This document shows positions 25,201 through 37,153 of a stretch of 54,369 bases of DNA, piece after piece. Positions within the stretch are counted from its first letter, which is position 1; every line of letters starts with the position of its first letter. The DNA is from Callorhinchus milii. Taxonomy: Eukaryota. The stretch spans positions 1 through 54,369 of the forward strand of contig NW_024705324.1 of NCBI RefSeq assembly GCF_018977255.1. Direction: 5' to 3'. A program made the translations under genes and the position numbers. The notes beneath the pieces are model-generated. The model did not search any database. It worked only from the letters and a program-made list of their open reading frames with translations, and was not told where the DNA came from.

Positions 25201-25905
25201 CCTGAGTATATTAAGGACAACGTTCGGCGTGTCGCTGAGGCGAGGGAAAATGCCCGCATGGCTACTGCCAAGGCTCAGGCCAGGAATGAGCGGTGTGCCC
25301 GACGTTCAAAGGGGGAGTGTCCCTGGAAAAAGGGGGACCTGGCCTGGCTTCATTGCCCACAGGTGCGGCCAGGTACATCTCCTAAATTACATCGACCTTG
25401 GCAGGGTCCGGTCCGCCTCATTGAGGTTCCCAACCCACAGTCGGCGCGTGTTCAGGTTGGTGCACGGCGTTGGTTCGTGCACACGTCCCGGTTGAAGCCA
25501 TACATTGCCCCACGGCCGGATGCGTCATCTCCCGAAGTTGCCTTGCCGGGGTCTGTTGCTGCCGACTCGCCCTTGCCTGTGTCTGCTGACCTTGCGAGAG
25601 CGCCTGTCGTACCCTTCACAGACAAGCCGGCCGTGACAGCGCAGGGAGGAGGACCTTCCGCTTGTGGGACGCCGACCGGAGCCGCAGAACCCACGGGACC
25701 TGCAGCTCTTCCTATCCCTCCGCGGACGCGAGTACGGGATGTTTCTGGACGCGAGCGGGACAGTGGCGGGCCTCCAATGGCGACGGAAGAACTTGCGCCC
25801 GTCGCCCCTAAAACCCTTCCACGTTCCCGCTCGGCGGGTGGGCCGCCGACCGTCCGGGACGGCCCGGCTACCCGTACTCGCTCGAAATCCCTCACGTTTC
25901 GTTAG
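22210..25905 (+). CDS. Gypsy pol (RT, RNase H, integrase), split over four frames
   Basis: LRFCVDFRKLN, LPMGL, YLDDII (RT); FILDTDASDTGIGAVL, RRELLAI (RNase H); H-H-C-C, DILGP, TDQG, YHPQTDGMVER, WQGP (integrase). Confidence 0.92.
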
Positions 25906-26716
25906 ATTGTGTTGTGTTGTGTTATTGTTATAATGTTCTTCAATGCTTCGTGTCTTTTTGCGTGTTGGCCCTTTACACCCGCATTGCTTTTCAGGTTGCA
26001 ATTCAGCCGAGGTCGGCTGGATTTTCTTTAGGGGGAGGGTGATGTAATGCGGTTGTAAACGGCCCTTCTGAGGTGCCGTCAGGGGGGAGGAGTTAGGTCA
26101 CGTGGGGGGCAGAGGGGTTGAGTATAGAAGGAGGGGAACCGGAAGAGCAAGGGGAGTGACGGGGAACCAGGAACAGAGGAAGGCCACGAAGGGCGAAGCG
26201 GGGTGTGGCGAGATCGCCACGAACACGGGGGAGCGAGGATCGGCACCGTTGGCCAGCGGTGACCGACCCGAAGCAGCGAGGAGGCTGCAGTCAGCAGCGG
26301 GGCTGCACAGAGAGAGTGGGCAGCGGGTCTGCATACAGTGACAGCCAGAGGGTCTGCACATAGGGGTAGCAGCGGAGTCTGCATAGGGTAGCAGCGAGTC
26401 TGCAGGGAGGAGGTTACAATAGATGAAGCAGAGAGTCAGAGGGGAGAGGAAGCTATAATAGCAGTGAATAGCCGGGGGCTACAAATACAGGAGTTATAAC
26501 AGAGTGCCGTGTGGGTAAAGACGTGAACCTGAATAAAGACACGAAGACAGAAAGAAGTGTTCGAGTCCTTTTATTACACATGTTATGTTTCGGCTTGGGT
26601 CTAATTGTCCACGCTCAACTGACGTTGGCTGTAAATCACCACGGTCCCTTACGTTGTGGCAAGCTTCGGGGCCACTTCCTGGAGTCGTCGAGTTCTGCCA
26701 TTACGAGTATGGTACA

Positions 26717-27240
26717 ATTTCGATTTAAAGCTTTCGTGACTGCAGGGATTCATCTTCTTGGTTCTTTCGGTAAAGTCACGTAGAAGGGAAATAATAAAAT
26801 AATAAAAATGAAACATAATAAAAAAATTAAAATGAAACATAATAAATAATAAAATTAAAACATAATTAAATAATACAAATAAAAAATAATTAACTACTAA
26901 AAATAAAACATAATAAAATAATAAAATAAAACATAATTAAATAATAAAAATAAAAATAACATTTCGATTTAAAGCTTTCGTGACTGCAGGGATTCATCTT
27001 CTTGGTTCTTTCGGTAAAGTCACGTAGAAGGGAAGTAATAAAATAATACAAATAAACATAATAAAATACAGTTCTCACGACGTTTCGGCCACAACGCAAG
27101 CAGCCGAGGCGACAGCTTCTGACGCTGTCGCCTCGGCTGCTTGCGTTGTGGCCGAAACGTCGTGAGAATTATTTTGTAATGTTTTATTTTTATTATTTTA
27201 TTACTTCCCTTCTACGTGACTTTACCGAAAGAACCAAGAA
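26717..27240. mobile_element. Short fold-back PLE-derived insertion (two tandem pLTR blocks plus an inverted block)
   Basis: TSD gagtatggtaca at 26705-26716 and 27241-27252; perfect 45-bp inverted repeat 27072-27168 made of hammerhead sequence lacking CUGAAGA. Confidence 0.8.
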
Positions 27241-27480
27241 GAGTATGGTACATTTCATTAAAGCGTGTTTTAAAAACAAAAAGTATTTTTAAATATTACT
27301 TATTTTGTTTACGTGACAAACCTTACTCATTGGTTGTGTCGGGTGGTGGCGAGTTTTACGACACTTTTATAATTACGCGATCTACCCCAAAAACACGTTT
27401 TATAGATAATATTTGTCGCGATAGCCTACTTATAATTTTAATCTTTAATACAAATTACACGGTGAGGTTTACAGTGGAAA

Positions 27481-27736
27481 ACACAGCCTCACCCAAGCGG
27501 GTGTAACCAGTCTATAGGACAAACCATCACCGTTTTCATGGTTACCGTGGGGTTTTTGTAAAAATATATCAATTGCGACTATTTAACCTTGACACTGTGT
27601 GTGAATGTGACGCCACGTCTACACAGGTGAGTTCGGGCTGCCGCGTGCAACATTCCAGGGCGCGTCTCGTGGTGTTTATAATTTAGCTGCAGGTGAAGTC
27701 AGCTCGTTTCCTTGTTCGTTGTCGCTGCTCTGTGAT
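27481..27736 (+). repeat. Diverged duplicate of the TRIM promoter region
   Basis: Collinear with 28730-29087 (cgccacgtctacacaggtgag, aacattccagggcg, tttataa-ttagctgcaggtgaagtcag). Confidence 0.85.
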
Positions 27737-27749
27737 TTTTTTTACATCT

Positions 27750-28050
27750 CGCTGCGGTGGCTGGAAGATGTTAACTACCTCGCCTGGTATACAGGAGGTC
27801 GTCGGTTCGATCCTGGCCCTGACGCCTGTACATGCAATTAGAGTTTGCATGTCTCTCTCCCCGTAGTCGCGTAAATTTTTCTCCGGATCCTCCGATTATT
27901 CCCTTCACACTTAGAAAAGTGCGTTTAGAGTGTTTGGCTGCTAGAAATGTCCACGCAATAAGCCACGTCGTTGAGCTATCAATTGTGGCCAGGTCGCTTC
28001 TGAAAAGAGCTATAAATCTCAGTCGGCCTTACCTGGTCAAATAAAAATAT
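27750..28050 (+). mobile_element. V-SINE-like element
   Basis: B box GGTTCGATCC; V-domain-like gagtttgcatgtctctctccccgt...ctccgg; A-rich tail. Confidence 0.65.
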
Positions 28051-29027
28051 TTTTTGTGAATCGGCCAAACTCGGCGAGTCCAGGATGTAAAATCTTAACA
28101 TTAACAATAGGTGATGAATTATATTGTTTAGGTTATGAAGATTCAAATACTCGATTTTTTTACACATAATAGGAAAATGGACGGTAAAAGTCGTACAGAT
28201 AATGAGCTTAAATGAACCACGATGTTTGTTTAGCCAGGGTCTGTTCGCTGTTGTAATGCGTGAGGCCACCCAACCAGGGACCCAACCACTCAACCGCACG
28301 CCCCTCCCAGCCACCCTTCCTCCAGCCTTCCCTCACCGCCTGCTCGCCCACCCTCACGCCATCCTCCTGCCCATCTGTCTCCCCTCTCACCAAATAACCC
28401 TCCGACTTACTCAACCACCACCACCCACTCACTCGCACCTTCGATTAGCACGAATGGCTACGTACGGTGAAAAAGAAGTTCAACATACACCATCCACCCA
28501 GAATAAAACGGTGTCGTGGGAATAAAAAACTAAAAAATGATTGACAAATGAACAGAGGATGCATGAAGCCAGTAGTTAAATATTAGTTGATAAAGGTGGA
28601 AGACGATTACAGACTGCGAACTTTAAAAAGGCCTTGCAAGAAAAAAATGGATAAAGACACAGATGGAAAAAAACAAGTTCACCTTTACATCTGAATGTTT
28701 GTACAAGGTGCGGTTCCATTGTGCAATGCACACAGCCTGACCTAGCCGGTCAATCAGCCTGTGGGACAAACCATTATCGCTGTGTCCCGGGTTGCTGCTG
28801 CTGGGTTTTGTTTGTACAAATATATCACTTGAGACCGGTCAAAGCTATGTATGTTGAACTTCTTCCACACCGTACGTAGCCAACCGTGCTAATCGGAAGT
28901 GCAGGGGAAGCACAACAAACTAAACACAAAAATAAGTTTTAGCTATTACACAGTGCGTGACTGTAACGCCACGTCTACACAGGTGAGCGCAGCCGCCGTA
29001 TGGAACATTCCAGGGCGTGTCTCGAGG

Positions 29028-29059
29028 TATTTATAACTTAGCTGCAGGTGAAGTCAGTT
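29028..29059 (+). promoter_or_regulatory. Putative TRIM core promoter (TATA + Inr)
   Basis: TATTTATAA at 29028 and TCAGTT at 29054, 150 bp upstream of the ATG. Confidence 0.55.
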
Positions 29060-29208
29060 CATTTCCTTGTTCGTCTCCGCTGTGTGAGCTGCGCACAGAA
29101 CAACTCGTCAATGATATTCAACATCTCACGATATTATAAACTAAATATTTTTGTTGAAATATATTCTCTGAGGCACAGTGAGAAACTACTTTGGGTGCAT
29201 CTCGGGTC

Positions 29209-29780
29209 ATGGCGAGCGCAGCTCCCGCTGAGAACGTGGACCGAGAGTTGACCTGCTCCATCTGCCTGGACACGTTTGACTGCCCCTCCACGCTGAGCTG
29301 CGGCCACTCGTTCTGCCTCCAGTGTCTGGAGGACGCCTGGAAGGAGACAGACTCCTACTGCTGCCCACAGTGCCGCAAGACCTTCCCTGGACGACCCCAG
29401 CTGACCAGGAACGTGACACTCGCCAACCTCATAGAGCAGCTGCGAGTGACTGAGACCAAGGCTGCTGCTGCTGCTGGTGTTGTTGTTTTCTGTGACAACT
29501 GCCCAGAAGGCAAGACGCTTGCAGTGAAGACTTGCCTCAAGTGTGACACATCCTTCTGCACGGAGCACCTCGTGCCTCACCTGGAGAAAAAGAAATTTCA
29601 TGATCACGTCCTGGTTTCACCAGATGTGAACCCGAAGAACGCAAGTGCAAGAGGCACAACGAGGCGCTCAAGTTCTACTGCAAGCAGGACATGAGCCTCT
29701 TGTGCAGGGACTGCACAATCGCTGGAGAACACAGAGGGCATGATGTTGACACGCTGGAGGACGAGCATCAGACACGGAAG
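29209..29780 (+). CDS. TRIM E3 ligase exon 1: RING, B-box 1, B-box 2 (1-nt deletion ~29631)
   Basis: ELTCSICLDTFDCPSTLSCGHSFCLQC...CPQCR; CDNC...KTCLKCDTSFCTEHL; after the shift KCKRHNEALKFYCKQDMSLLCRDCTIAGEHRGHDV; donor aag|gtgaga. Confidence 0.95.
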
Positions 29781-30391
29781 GTGAGACCGCATGCCGACAG
29801 TGAGAACCACTGAGGTGCAGCAAAAAAAACACATGCATTGAGATACATTTTTATGCTATATATTTCCACATGATAAGCCGCAATGTTGATTTATCATTTG
29901 TGGCCAGGTCGCTTCTAAAAAAATTAATTAATACCTGGGTGGGATTTGCCTGGTAGGATGGGGATGGCTTAGTTGTATGTTATTGGGTGATTTGTTTACC
30001 ATTCTTGTACTTGGCACTACTATCTGGTTTTTGTAAAATTTGTTGTTGTAACGTTCTTACCCACCCGTACTGGACATGTGAAAAAGACCGTTATAGCTCA
30101 TCTGATTCCTCCAATATAAATACATATACTGATTCTGATACTTCTACATGAACTGAAAAAAACTGTCACCTGGGATTAATAAAAACATCTCATACAACGA
30201 GCATCACCATGTGTTGATTCTCTCTCACGGTCCCTTGCCGTTTAGCCTTTTTCAGTCAGTCCAGGCTGACTTCCTCACCACTCCTCTGGTGGCAATTATA
30301 GAGCCATCACTGTGGAGGGCTCCGTGTGGAGTTGGGCTGAGAGGGGACGCTCAGGGAGTGGAGTCTCATCTGGTGACTTCGTCTCTTACAG

Positions 30392-30486
30392 AGTGGAGTC
30401 GGAGAGGAGATGCGAGCGGTGGAGGAGAAGAGGATGGAGGCGGAGGCGTCCGTGGACAGATGGAGGCCGCTCGCAAGGACGTGCAG
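30392..30486 (+). CDS. TRIM exon 2 (coiled coil); 95 nt, one short of the typical 96
   Basis: ttacag|AGT...CAG|gtaacg; SGVGEEMRAVEEKRMEAEASV/..MEAARKDVQ. Confidence 0.8.
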
Positions 30487-31219
30487 GTAACGCGTGTGGA
30501 CTTGTGACCCCGTGACCTCCACCCTGCGTGGAGTCTCCCTGTGAGTGTTTGTGGAGTTGACCTCACTGTGAGGTCCACTCCGTAGACTCAAGTGAACTGT
30601 TAGTCTTGAGTCAGTGTGTAATAACTGTGCAGGATATTGGATTTTTATGGAAATGTGTGCTTGAACAGTAAACAAATGCAACGTTTATAGAAAAAAAAAG
30701 TTCGTACCTCGTGAGACTGCAAAGCACTTTGCAGTATAACTCGAATGACTTGCAATGGCTGAGATAAAATAGCACAGTATGGAGCAACGACTATATTGAA
30801 TTAGAAACTAGAAATTAAACAAGTGAAGATGACGATTAAATATGACAGGAAATATGCGTTAAATGCTAGAATAAACACAAGAGACGCGACTTCAAGAGAG
30901 TAAAGGGGATGCTGGAAAAACACGTTTGCTCTCATGACACGCACCCAACTCAAAAGCAAACACAACGTAGAGTAAATTACTATTTCAAACATTTTAAATG
31001 TAATGTGCACACGTCGTGATGTATTAGTGATTAACTCTTTTGGAGTCGTACATTTTAATGGTAAGGATAATTACAAAATTGTGTCTACCTTTAATGCCTT
31101 CAACGAAATTGCTATGAGCCTGTTTATGTTGGCGCATGCATAAGTATTCATTGGAACACAAATCCTCCTGTAAAACAGGGCATACAGTCAGCTGGTGATA
31201 TTAATAATTTACATAAAAT

Positions 31220-31383
31220 CAGAACCGGCCCTAGACCTTTGGGGGCCCTAAGCAAAATTATTTGGAGGCCCCTTTGATGTATGATTTTTTCACCCACTAG
31301 CTAGCAGAGACTCTATGGGGCCCTCTGCTGGCCACGTGGCCCTTTGCAATTGCAAGGGTCGCTTAGTGGCTGGGCCGGCTCTG
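31220..31383. mobile_element. hAT-type MITE
   Basis: TIRs cagaaccggccc / gggccggctctg; perfect 8-bp TSD cataaaat. Confidence 0.9.
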
Positions 31384-31855
31384 CATAAAATATCCATGTT
31401 GTAGAGAATATTAGTAACAAAAACAAATAAGCAGATAATAGGTCTCCATCATATACCTGCCTCTGTATAAATTATGAGAAAAAATTGACACATTCCTTCA
31501 GCCCCACTAAGTGGGAGTGCATCTTTACAAAAGTATTGATTCCGCAGTCTTCTGGGAGTGCATAATTTTGTCAGCCTTGATTCAGTAGAGGCAACAATAG
31601 ACTGGTTTATGTATGATAAATTTGCGTTCAACTTGGATCCATATCTTAGAGAGAGGGTCCTTATCTATAACATCTGGCAGCTCACCTGCATTGATTCAAG
31701 CAAGCCTTACTCTGCATGTCAAAACCGCTCAAGAGTTTTCTTGTACTGAATGAATACAGGCAGACCTAACTTAGCACGACGCCATAGAACACTCATTCAT
31801 TATAGCGTCTCATGGGCCTGGAGAACATTTTTACAAAAATAGAAAATCAAAACAT

Positions 31856-34467
31856 ATCTATCTAAATATAAACGGCTAAGGATGACTGCAAAATCTCAGC
31901 TGGCTTCCAAAGACCGGTTCCTAGATCGTCTGCTTTGGCTCCTAAGACGGTGTTTCAGCTCTGAAGACTATGGAGGAAATATCCAAGATGTATTTTGTGA
32001 ATTGTGACATTTAAGCAACATTCGTGTCGCCTTCAGTGTAAAATTTCAATGGTTTGAATAATTTCAGATTTATTTTTTATAAAAGGTTTAATTTTGCAAC
32101 TGTTACATACCTCATCAAAATACCAGGAAGGCAATATCCATGATGTATATTTTTGAATAGTTAAACGTAATTATTATCTTTAATATACATAGATAGATGG
32201 CTCCGACAACGATGCTCTTTTAAATATAGATAGATGAGATGGTCGGGCCCTCATAACGTGATAGTGATGGATCGAGGTAGGCGACTATTACAGACAGCGG
32301 AGAGAAGATGAGACATCAGAAGAAAGAAACCTACGATTAAACACTGATCGAAATCTACATGCACAAAAAAAGAGCAAACGAACAGCAGAAGAAAAAGCCG
32401 ACGAATAAACTCAAATAGAGAGAGAAAGAAGCCAAAAGGAGAAGATTAAATGTGAAGTGCCCAATGCCAACAACCAAGAAATATGCGTAGAAGTGGATGA
32501 ACATAATATTGTTAATACAACAATTGAATGAACATTATGTAAAGCAATATATTGGACCGTTGAACTGAATGCATCAAAGAAAAGACACAGAGTGCTGTTG
32601 TGATGGGAAAGTTTTTGTCTGGCACCTTTAACAGAAGCACATGAACTATTAAAAAAAGTTATTGACAGAAGTAACACCAGAAGCACGACATTACTGAGAT
32701 CATATCAGAGACTGCAATTCTGCTGGAGCTTTTGCATCGATGGGAGCTGAAATGAAGGCACCTCCTGGACATGGACCTTACTGTTTGAGAATGCATGGTC
32801 AAATGTATCATATGGTGTATCCATTATACGCAACACCGACAATAAACAGGATATGGACAGTTATATATTTTTGACTCAGCAGAAGCAACTGCAAACGATT
32901 AGATAACGAGTTAAACAGAGGCTGTAGTGAAATTGCAATGCTACTGGACGAAATTTAACGACTAACGAATATATTTGCCGAATACTATAAACAATTAATA
33001 AAGTTAATGAAACAATCCAACTATGAAAGTAAAAACAGTATTCATCGAATATCCTGAACTAGACCTATGAAGACACAATGCCCCTACATTCAAGACCGAA
33101 GTTGCTGCTAAATTTGTCAGAGATGATGGTGAACCTCTTGTTAAACAGGATATTTATCTGGAAGGTGATACTTGCAAAACTATATCTCCTATAAATAGGA
33201 ACTGTGACCCGATAGTTTACCCAATATTATTTCCATACAGAGAAAGTGGCTGACATTGGGAATTGAAACACCTTGAATAAAGAAAAACGAACAAGAGATA
33301 CACAACTGCAATATTATCCATATAGACCATCAATCAGAAATGAATTCAGCATACTACACTTGAGTGGAAAACTTTTCCATCAATGTGCTGTTGTTGCATT
33401 GTAGGGGCGTGTATGGGCTATGTGTAGCGACGTAAACGGACTGTGTACACTTACCTGTAGGGGCTGACACAGTCCAGCAGGGGCAGTCGCAATATCCCTA
33501 GTCCCGGAGCAGGAGGGGGCTGCGGGGTATTCTGGGATCCCACGGGACCCCTCCCAATGGGTGGGCGCTGCGGGGTTTCCTAGGATCCCACGGGACCCGC
33601 CCCTCGGTTGGAGGTGTTTATAAGCGGGACCTCTCTACAGGCTCGGGGCCAGTTGAAGACAGAAGACAGAAGCAAGAAGACCGGCCAGATAGTACTCTGG
33701 GACCCCTAGCCCCGCTGCCCTTGTCAGGGCCGGGACTCTGTGTGGCTCAGTGGTGAGACCCTGGGAACCCCCGGCCCGACGTCCTTGTAAGGGCCGGGTC
33801 CGAGCAGGCCAGTGGTTGGAACCCGCACCCTGGCTAGGTCGGGTTAGATTAGCCTCTCCTAGGCACCCGTAGCTGGAGGACCTAGATTATCAGTCCCGTA
33901 TCGGGTGAGTTAGCCCGGAGGCAGTACCTCCCAAGGCAGTGGTGATAGAAGGGCAGTTGTTCTGAGTGTGCCGGGTTGTACTGCCGAGCATTGTGTTAAA
34001 TAAATAGTGTTGCCTCCAAGATCCAGCTCCGACGTCTCCAGAATCAACAACACTACACATACGTTAAAACAGAGGGTGCACGATTAAACAATCTAAGACA
34101 CAATCAAAAGGAGTTACGCATAGAACAATATAGAGGAATGTTGGATGCGGTAAAAGCGAGAGCTGAAGATCAGGCCTCAAGAGCAGGGCATATGATTATT
34201 TTTCCATCTACAATTCAAGGAAGTCCAAGATATATGTAGCAAAACTTTCAGGACACAATGGAAATAGTGCATACATTTGGAAAGCCGGACCTATAAGTAA
34301 CCTTTACATGTAACCCTACTTGGTCTGAAATTCTTAACGCAATATCTAGGACTAAAAGACCAGAACATCAACCTGATATAATTGTAAGCATTTTGAAAAT
34401 CAAACAGAAAGAGTTATTTCATGATATTCTGAAAAGATATATATTTGGTGTTGTAATCGACTACATC
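31856..34467 (+). mobile_element. Decayed autonomous-type Helitron (RepHel N-terminal half) in TRIM intron 2
   Basis: 5' TCTATCTAAATATAAA; broken translation AFASMGAEMKAPPGHGPYCLRMHGQMYH, YGQLYIFDSAEA, CDPIVYPILFP, SGKLF..AYVKTEGARL, PSTIQGSPRYM, FGKPDL.VTFTCNPTWSEI. Confidence 0.88.
33400..34057 (+). mobile_element. Solo LTR inserted in the Helitron
   Basis: TGTAG...CTACA termini; Helitron reading frame resumes on the far side (gca t|ac gtt aaa) with 'cat' duplicated; TTTATAA ~33618 and AATAAA ~33999; related to LTR 276-1014. Confidence 0.85.
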
Positions 34468-34537
34468 TACAGTGAGGGAAAAAATAATTTGATCCCCTGC
34501 AGATTTTGTACATTTTCCCACTGACAAAGAAATGATA

Positions 34538-36114
34538 CAGTGAGGTAAAAAAGTATTTGATCCCCTGCTGATTTTGTACATTTGCCCACTGACAAAGAAA
34601 TGATCAGTTTATTTGAACAGTGAGAGACAGAATAACAACACAATACAGAAAAACGCATGTCAAAAATTTTATAAATTGATTTTCATTTTAATGAGGGAAA
34701 TAAGTATTTTACCCCTTCTCAATCAGAAAGATTTCTGGCTCCCAGGTGTCTTTTATACATGTAACGAGCTGAGATTAGGAGCACACTCTAAAAGTGAGTG
34801 CTCCTAATCTCAGCTTGTTACCTTTATAAAAGACACCTGTTCACAGACGCAATCAATCAGATTCCAAACTCTCCACCATGGCCAAGACCAAAGAGCTCTC
34901 CAAGGATGTCAGGGACAAGATTGTAGACCTACACAAGGCTGGAATGGGCTACAAGACCATCGCCAAGCAGCTTGGTGAGAAGGTGACAACAGTTGGTGCG
35001 ATTATTCGCAAATGGAAGAAACACAAAAGAACTGTCAATCTCCCTCGGCCTGGGGCTCCATGCAAGATCTCACCTCGTGGAGTTGCAATGATCATGAGAA
35101 CGGTGAGGAATCAGCCCAGAACTACACGGGAGGATCTTGTCAATGATCTCAAGGCAGCTGGGACCATAGTCACCAAGAAAACAGTTGGTAACACACTACG
35201 CCGTGAAGGACTGAAATCCTGCTGTGCCCGCAAGGTCCCCCTGCTCAAGAAAGCACATTTACATGCCCGTCTGAAGTTTGCCAATGAACATCTGAATGAT
35301 TCAGAGGACAACTGGGTGAAAGTGTTGTGGTCAGATGAGACCAAAATGGAGCTCTTTGGCATCAACTCAACTCGACGTGTTTGGAGGAGGAGGAATGCTG
35401 CCTATGACCCCAAGAACACCATCCCCACCGTCAAACGTGGAGGTGGAAACATTATGCTTTGGGGGTGTTTTTCTGCTAAGGGGACAGGACAACTTCACCG
35501 CATCAAAGAGACAATGGACGGGGCCATGTTCCGTCAAATCTTGGGTGAGAACCTCCTTCCCTCAGCCAGGGCATTGAAAATAGATCGTGGATGGGTATTC
35601 CAGTATGACAATGACCCAAAACACACGGCCAAGGCAACAAAGGAGTGGCTCACGAAGAAGCACATTAAGGTCCTGGAGTGGCCTAGCCAGTCTCCAGACC
35701 TTAATCCCATAGAAAATCTGTGGAGGGAGCTGAAGGTTCGAGTTGCCAGGCGTCAGCCTCGAAACCTTAATGACTTGGAGAAGATCTGCAAACAGGAGTG
35801 GGACAAAATCCCTCCTGAGATGTGTGCAAACCTGGTGGCCAACTACAAGAAACGTCTGACCTCTGTGATTGCCAACAAGGGTTTTGCCACCAAGTACTAA
35901 GTCATGTCTTGCAGAGGGGTCAAATACTTATTTCCCTCATTAAAATGCAAATCAATTTATAACATTTTTTACATGCGTTTTTCTGGATTTTTTTTGTTAT
36001 TCTGTCTCTCACTGGTCAAATAAACCTACCATTAAAATTATAGACTGATCATTTCTTTGTCAGTGGGCAAACGTACAAAAACAGCAGGGGATCAAATACT
36101 TTTTTCCCTCACTG
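34538..36114 (+). mobile_element. Tc1-family DNA transposon, preceded by an extra 66-bp partial TIR (34470-34535)
   Basis: TA|CAGTGAGG...CCCTCACTG|TA; same family as 14215-15817. Confidence 0.97.
34878..35900 (+). CDS. Tc1 transposase, intact 340 aa
   Basis: HTH N-terminus; [14 protein letters not shown] and [10 protein letters not shown]34E catalytic motifs; no stops. Confidence 0.97.
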   Translation: MAKTKELSKDVRDKIVDLHKAGMGYKTIAKQLGEKVTTVGAIIRKWKKHKRTVNLPRPGAPCKISPRGVAMIMRTVRNQPRTTREDLVNDLKAAGTIVTKKTVGNTLRREGLKSCCARKVPLLKKAHLHARLKFANEHLNDSEDNWVKVLWSDETKMELFGINSTRRVWRRRNAAYDPKNTIPTVKRGGGNIMLWGCFSAKGTGQLHRIKETMDGAMFRQILGENLLPSARALKIDRGWVFQYDNDPKHTAKATKEWLTKKHIKVLEWPSQSPDLNPIENLWRELKVRVARRQPRNLNDLEKICKQEWDKIPPEMCANLVANYKKRLTSVIANKGFATKY

Positions 36115-36919
36115 TATTGGTCATCTGAAAGCAATAACGCTGACGGGAACACATCCTGATATATACAACAGTATAATGACCCATTTTAGCGCTTATTCGA
36201 TAGGCACTCACTTCTTCAGGAAGCATACAGAGCGTTTAGCGAGGTCTGCCAGTACTGATACAATAATTCAGTCCCAAAAGGCCATGGGGCAAATAGATTG
36301 TGTACAAAATACTTTTAATGATGAATCTATGCAGAAGGTGAATCATGTGCTTATCTTTACTGAAAGAACCTAAAACATGTGCTTATCTGTTTTGGTAAAT
36401 AATTTACAGATCCTCACCAATACACTTCTGGAGTTAGGCGGATTTGTTTTAAAGGAATATTAGGATGAAGACAGCCCTGTGGTGGTCTCTAAACATATCC
36501 AGGGGAGATAAATTGGAGGTGATACAGAGGTTGCAATAATGTGTTGATATGGAGGCATCAAGGTCAAAGTGGGCAGCCAGGTGGTATAATGGAACAAGAG
36601 GCTCGGCAGTCGATGATTTCACAGGAGTCAAAGATGGGGAGGATGGCAGCTTGGACTACATGAAGATGGAGCCGAGGTGAGACAATGTCTATTTATATAG
36701 AGGATTTTGTTTATTAAATCTTACTGGCGATATTATCAATGTGACGGGCAAGATAGCACCTAGATACCTGAAGTTATCGACCTGTTCAATGAGATGCGAG
36801 TCCAAAGACATAACGTGGCAGCAGGGAAAAATAGGTTTCGAGAAACTGGAAAACAATGTGACTTTGGTCTTAGCAGCATGGAATATTAATTTATAGAATC
36901 CATCACACGCCCTTTGCAG

Positions 36920-37153
36920 GATTCCATGCTCCAGACCAAGGCTGGCATCTCAGGCGAGTTCACCCGCATGAGGACGATGCTGGATGAGGACGAGAGGGCG
37001 GCTCTGGATCGCGTGGATGTGAAGGGGCGCGAGCTGCTGTCCCAGATCGAGGAGAACATCGCTCATTACGAGCGCGAGATCAGCGAGCTCAAGGCAGCAG
37101 CCACGCGCCTGCGCGCTCTGCAGGAGGAGAGGGACTCGCTCACGTTCCTGCAG
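36920..37153 (+). CDS. TRIM exon 3 (coiled coil, 234 nt)
   Basis: ttgcag|GAT...CAG|gtagag; DSMLQTKAGISGEFTRMRTMLDEDERAAL...DSLTFLQ. Confidence 0.9.

Larger units (their letters stand above)
19933..26578 (+). mobile_element. Near full-length Ty3/Gypsy LTR retrotransposon
   Basis: LTRs 19933-20470 and 26043-26578 (TGTAAT...ATTACA; about 4 differences by eye); PBS TGGAGTCAGAAGTG resembling the complement of a tRNA-Leu 3' end; PPT gggggagggtga; domain order gag-PR-RT-RH-IN. Confidence 0.97.

Noticed and set aside
20477..26384. Antisense and alternative-frame ORFs over the Gypsy element
   Set aside because: Shadow ORFs of GC-rich coding and LTR sequence with no motifs
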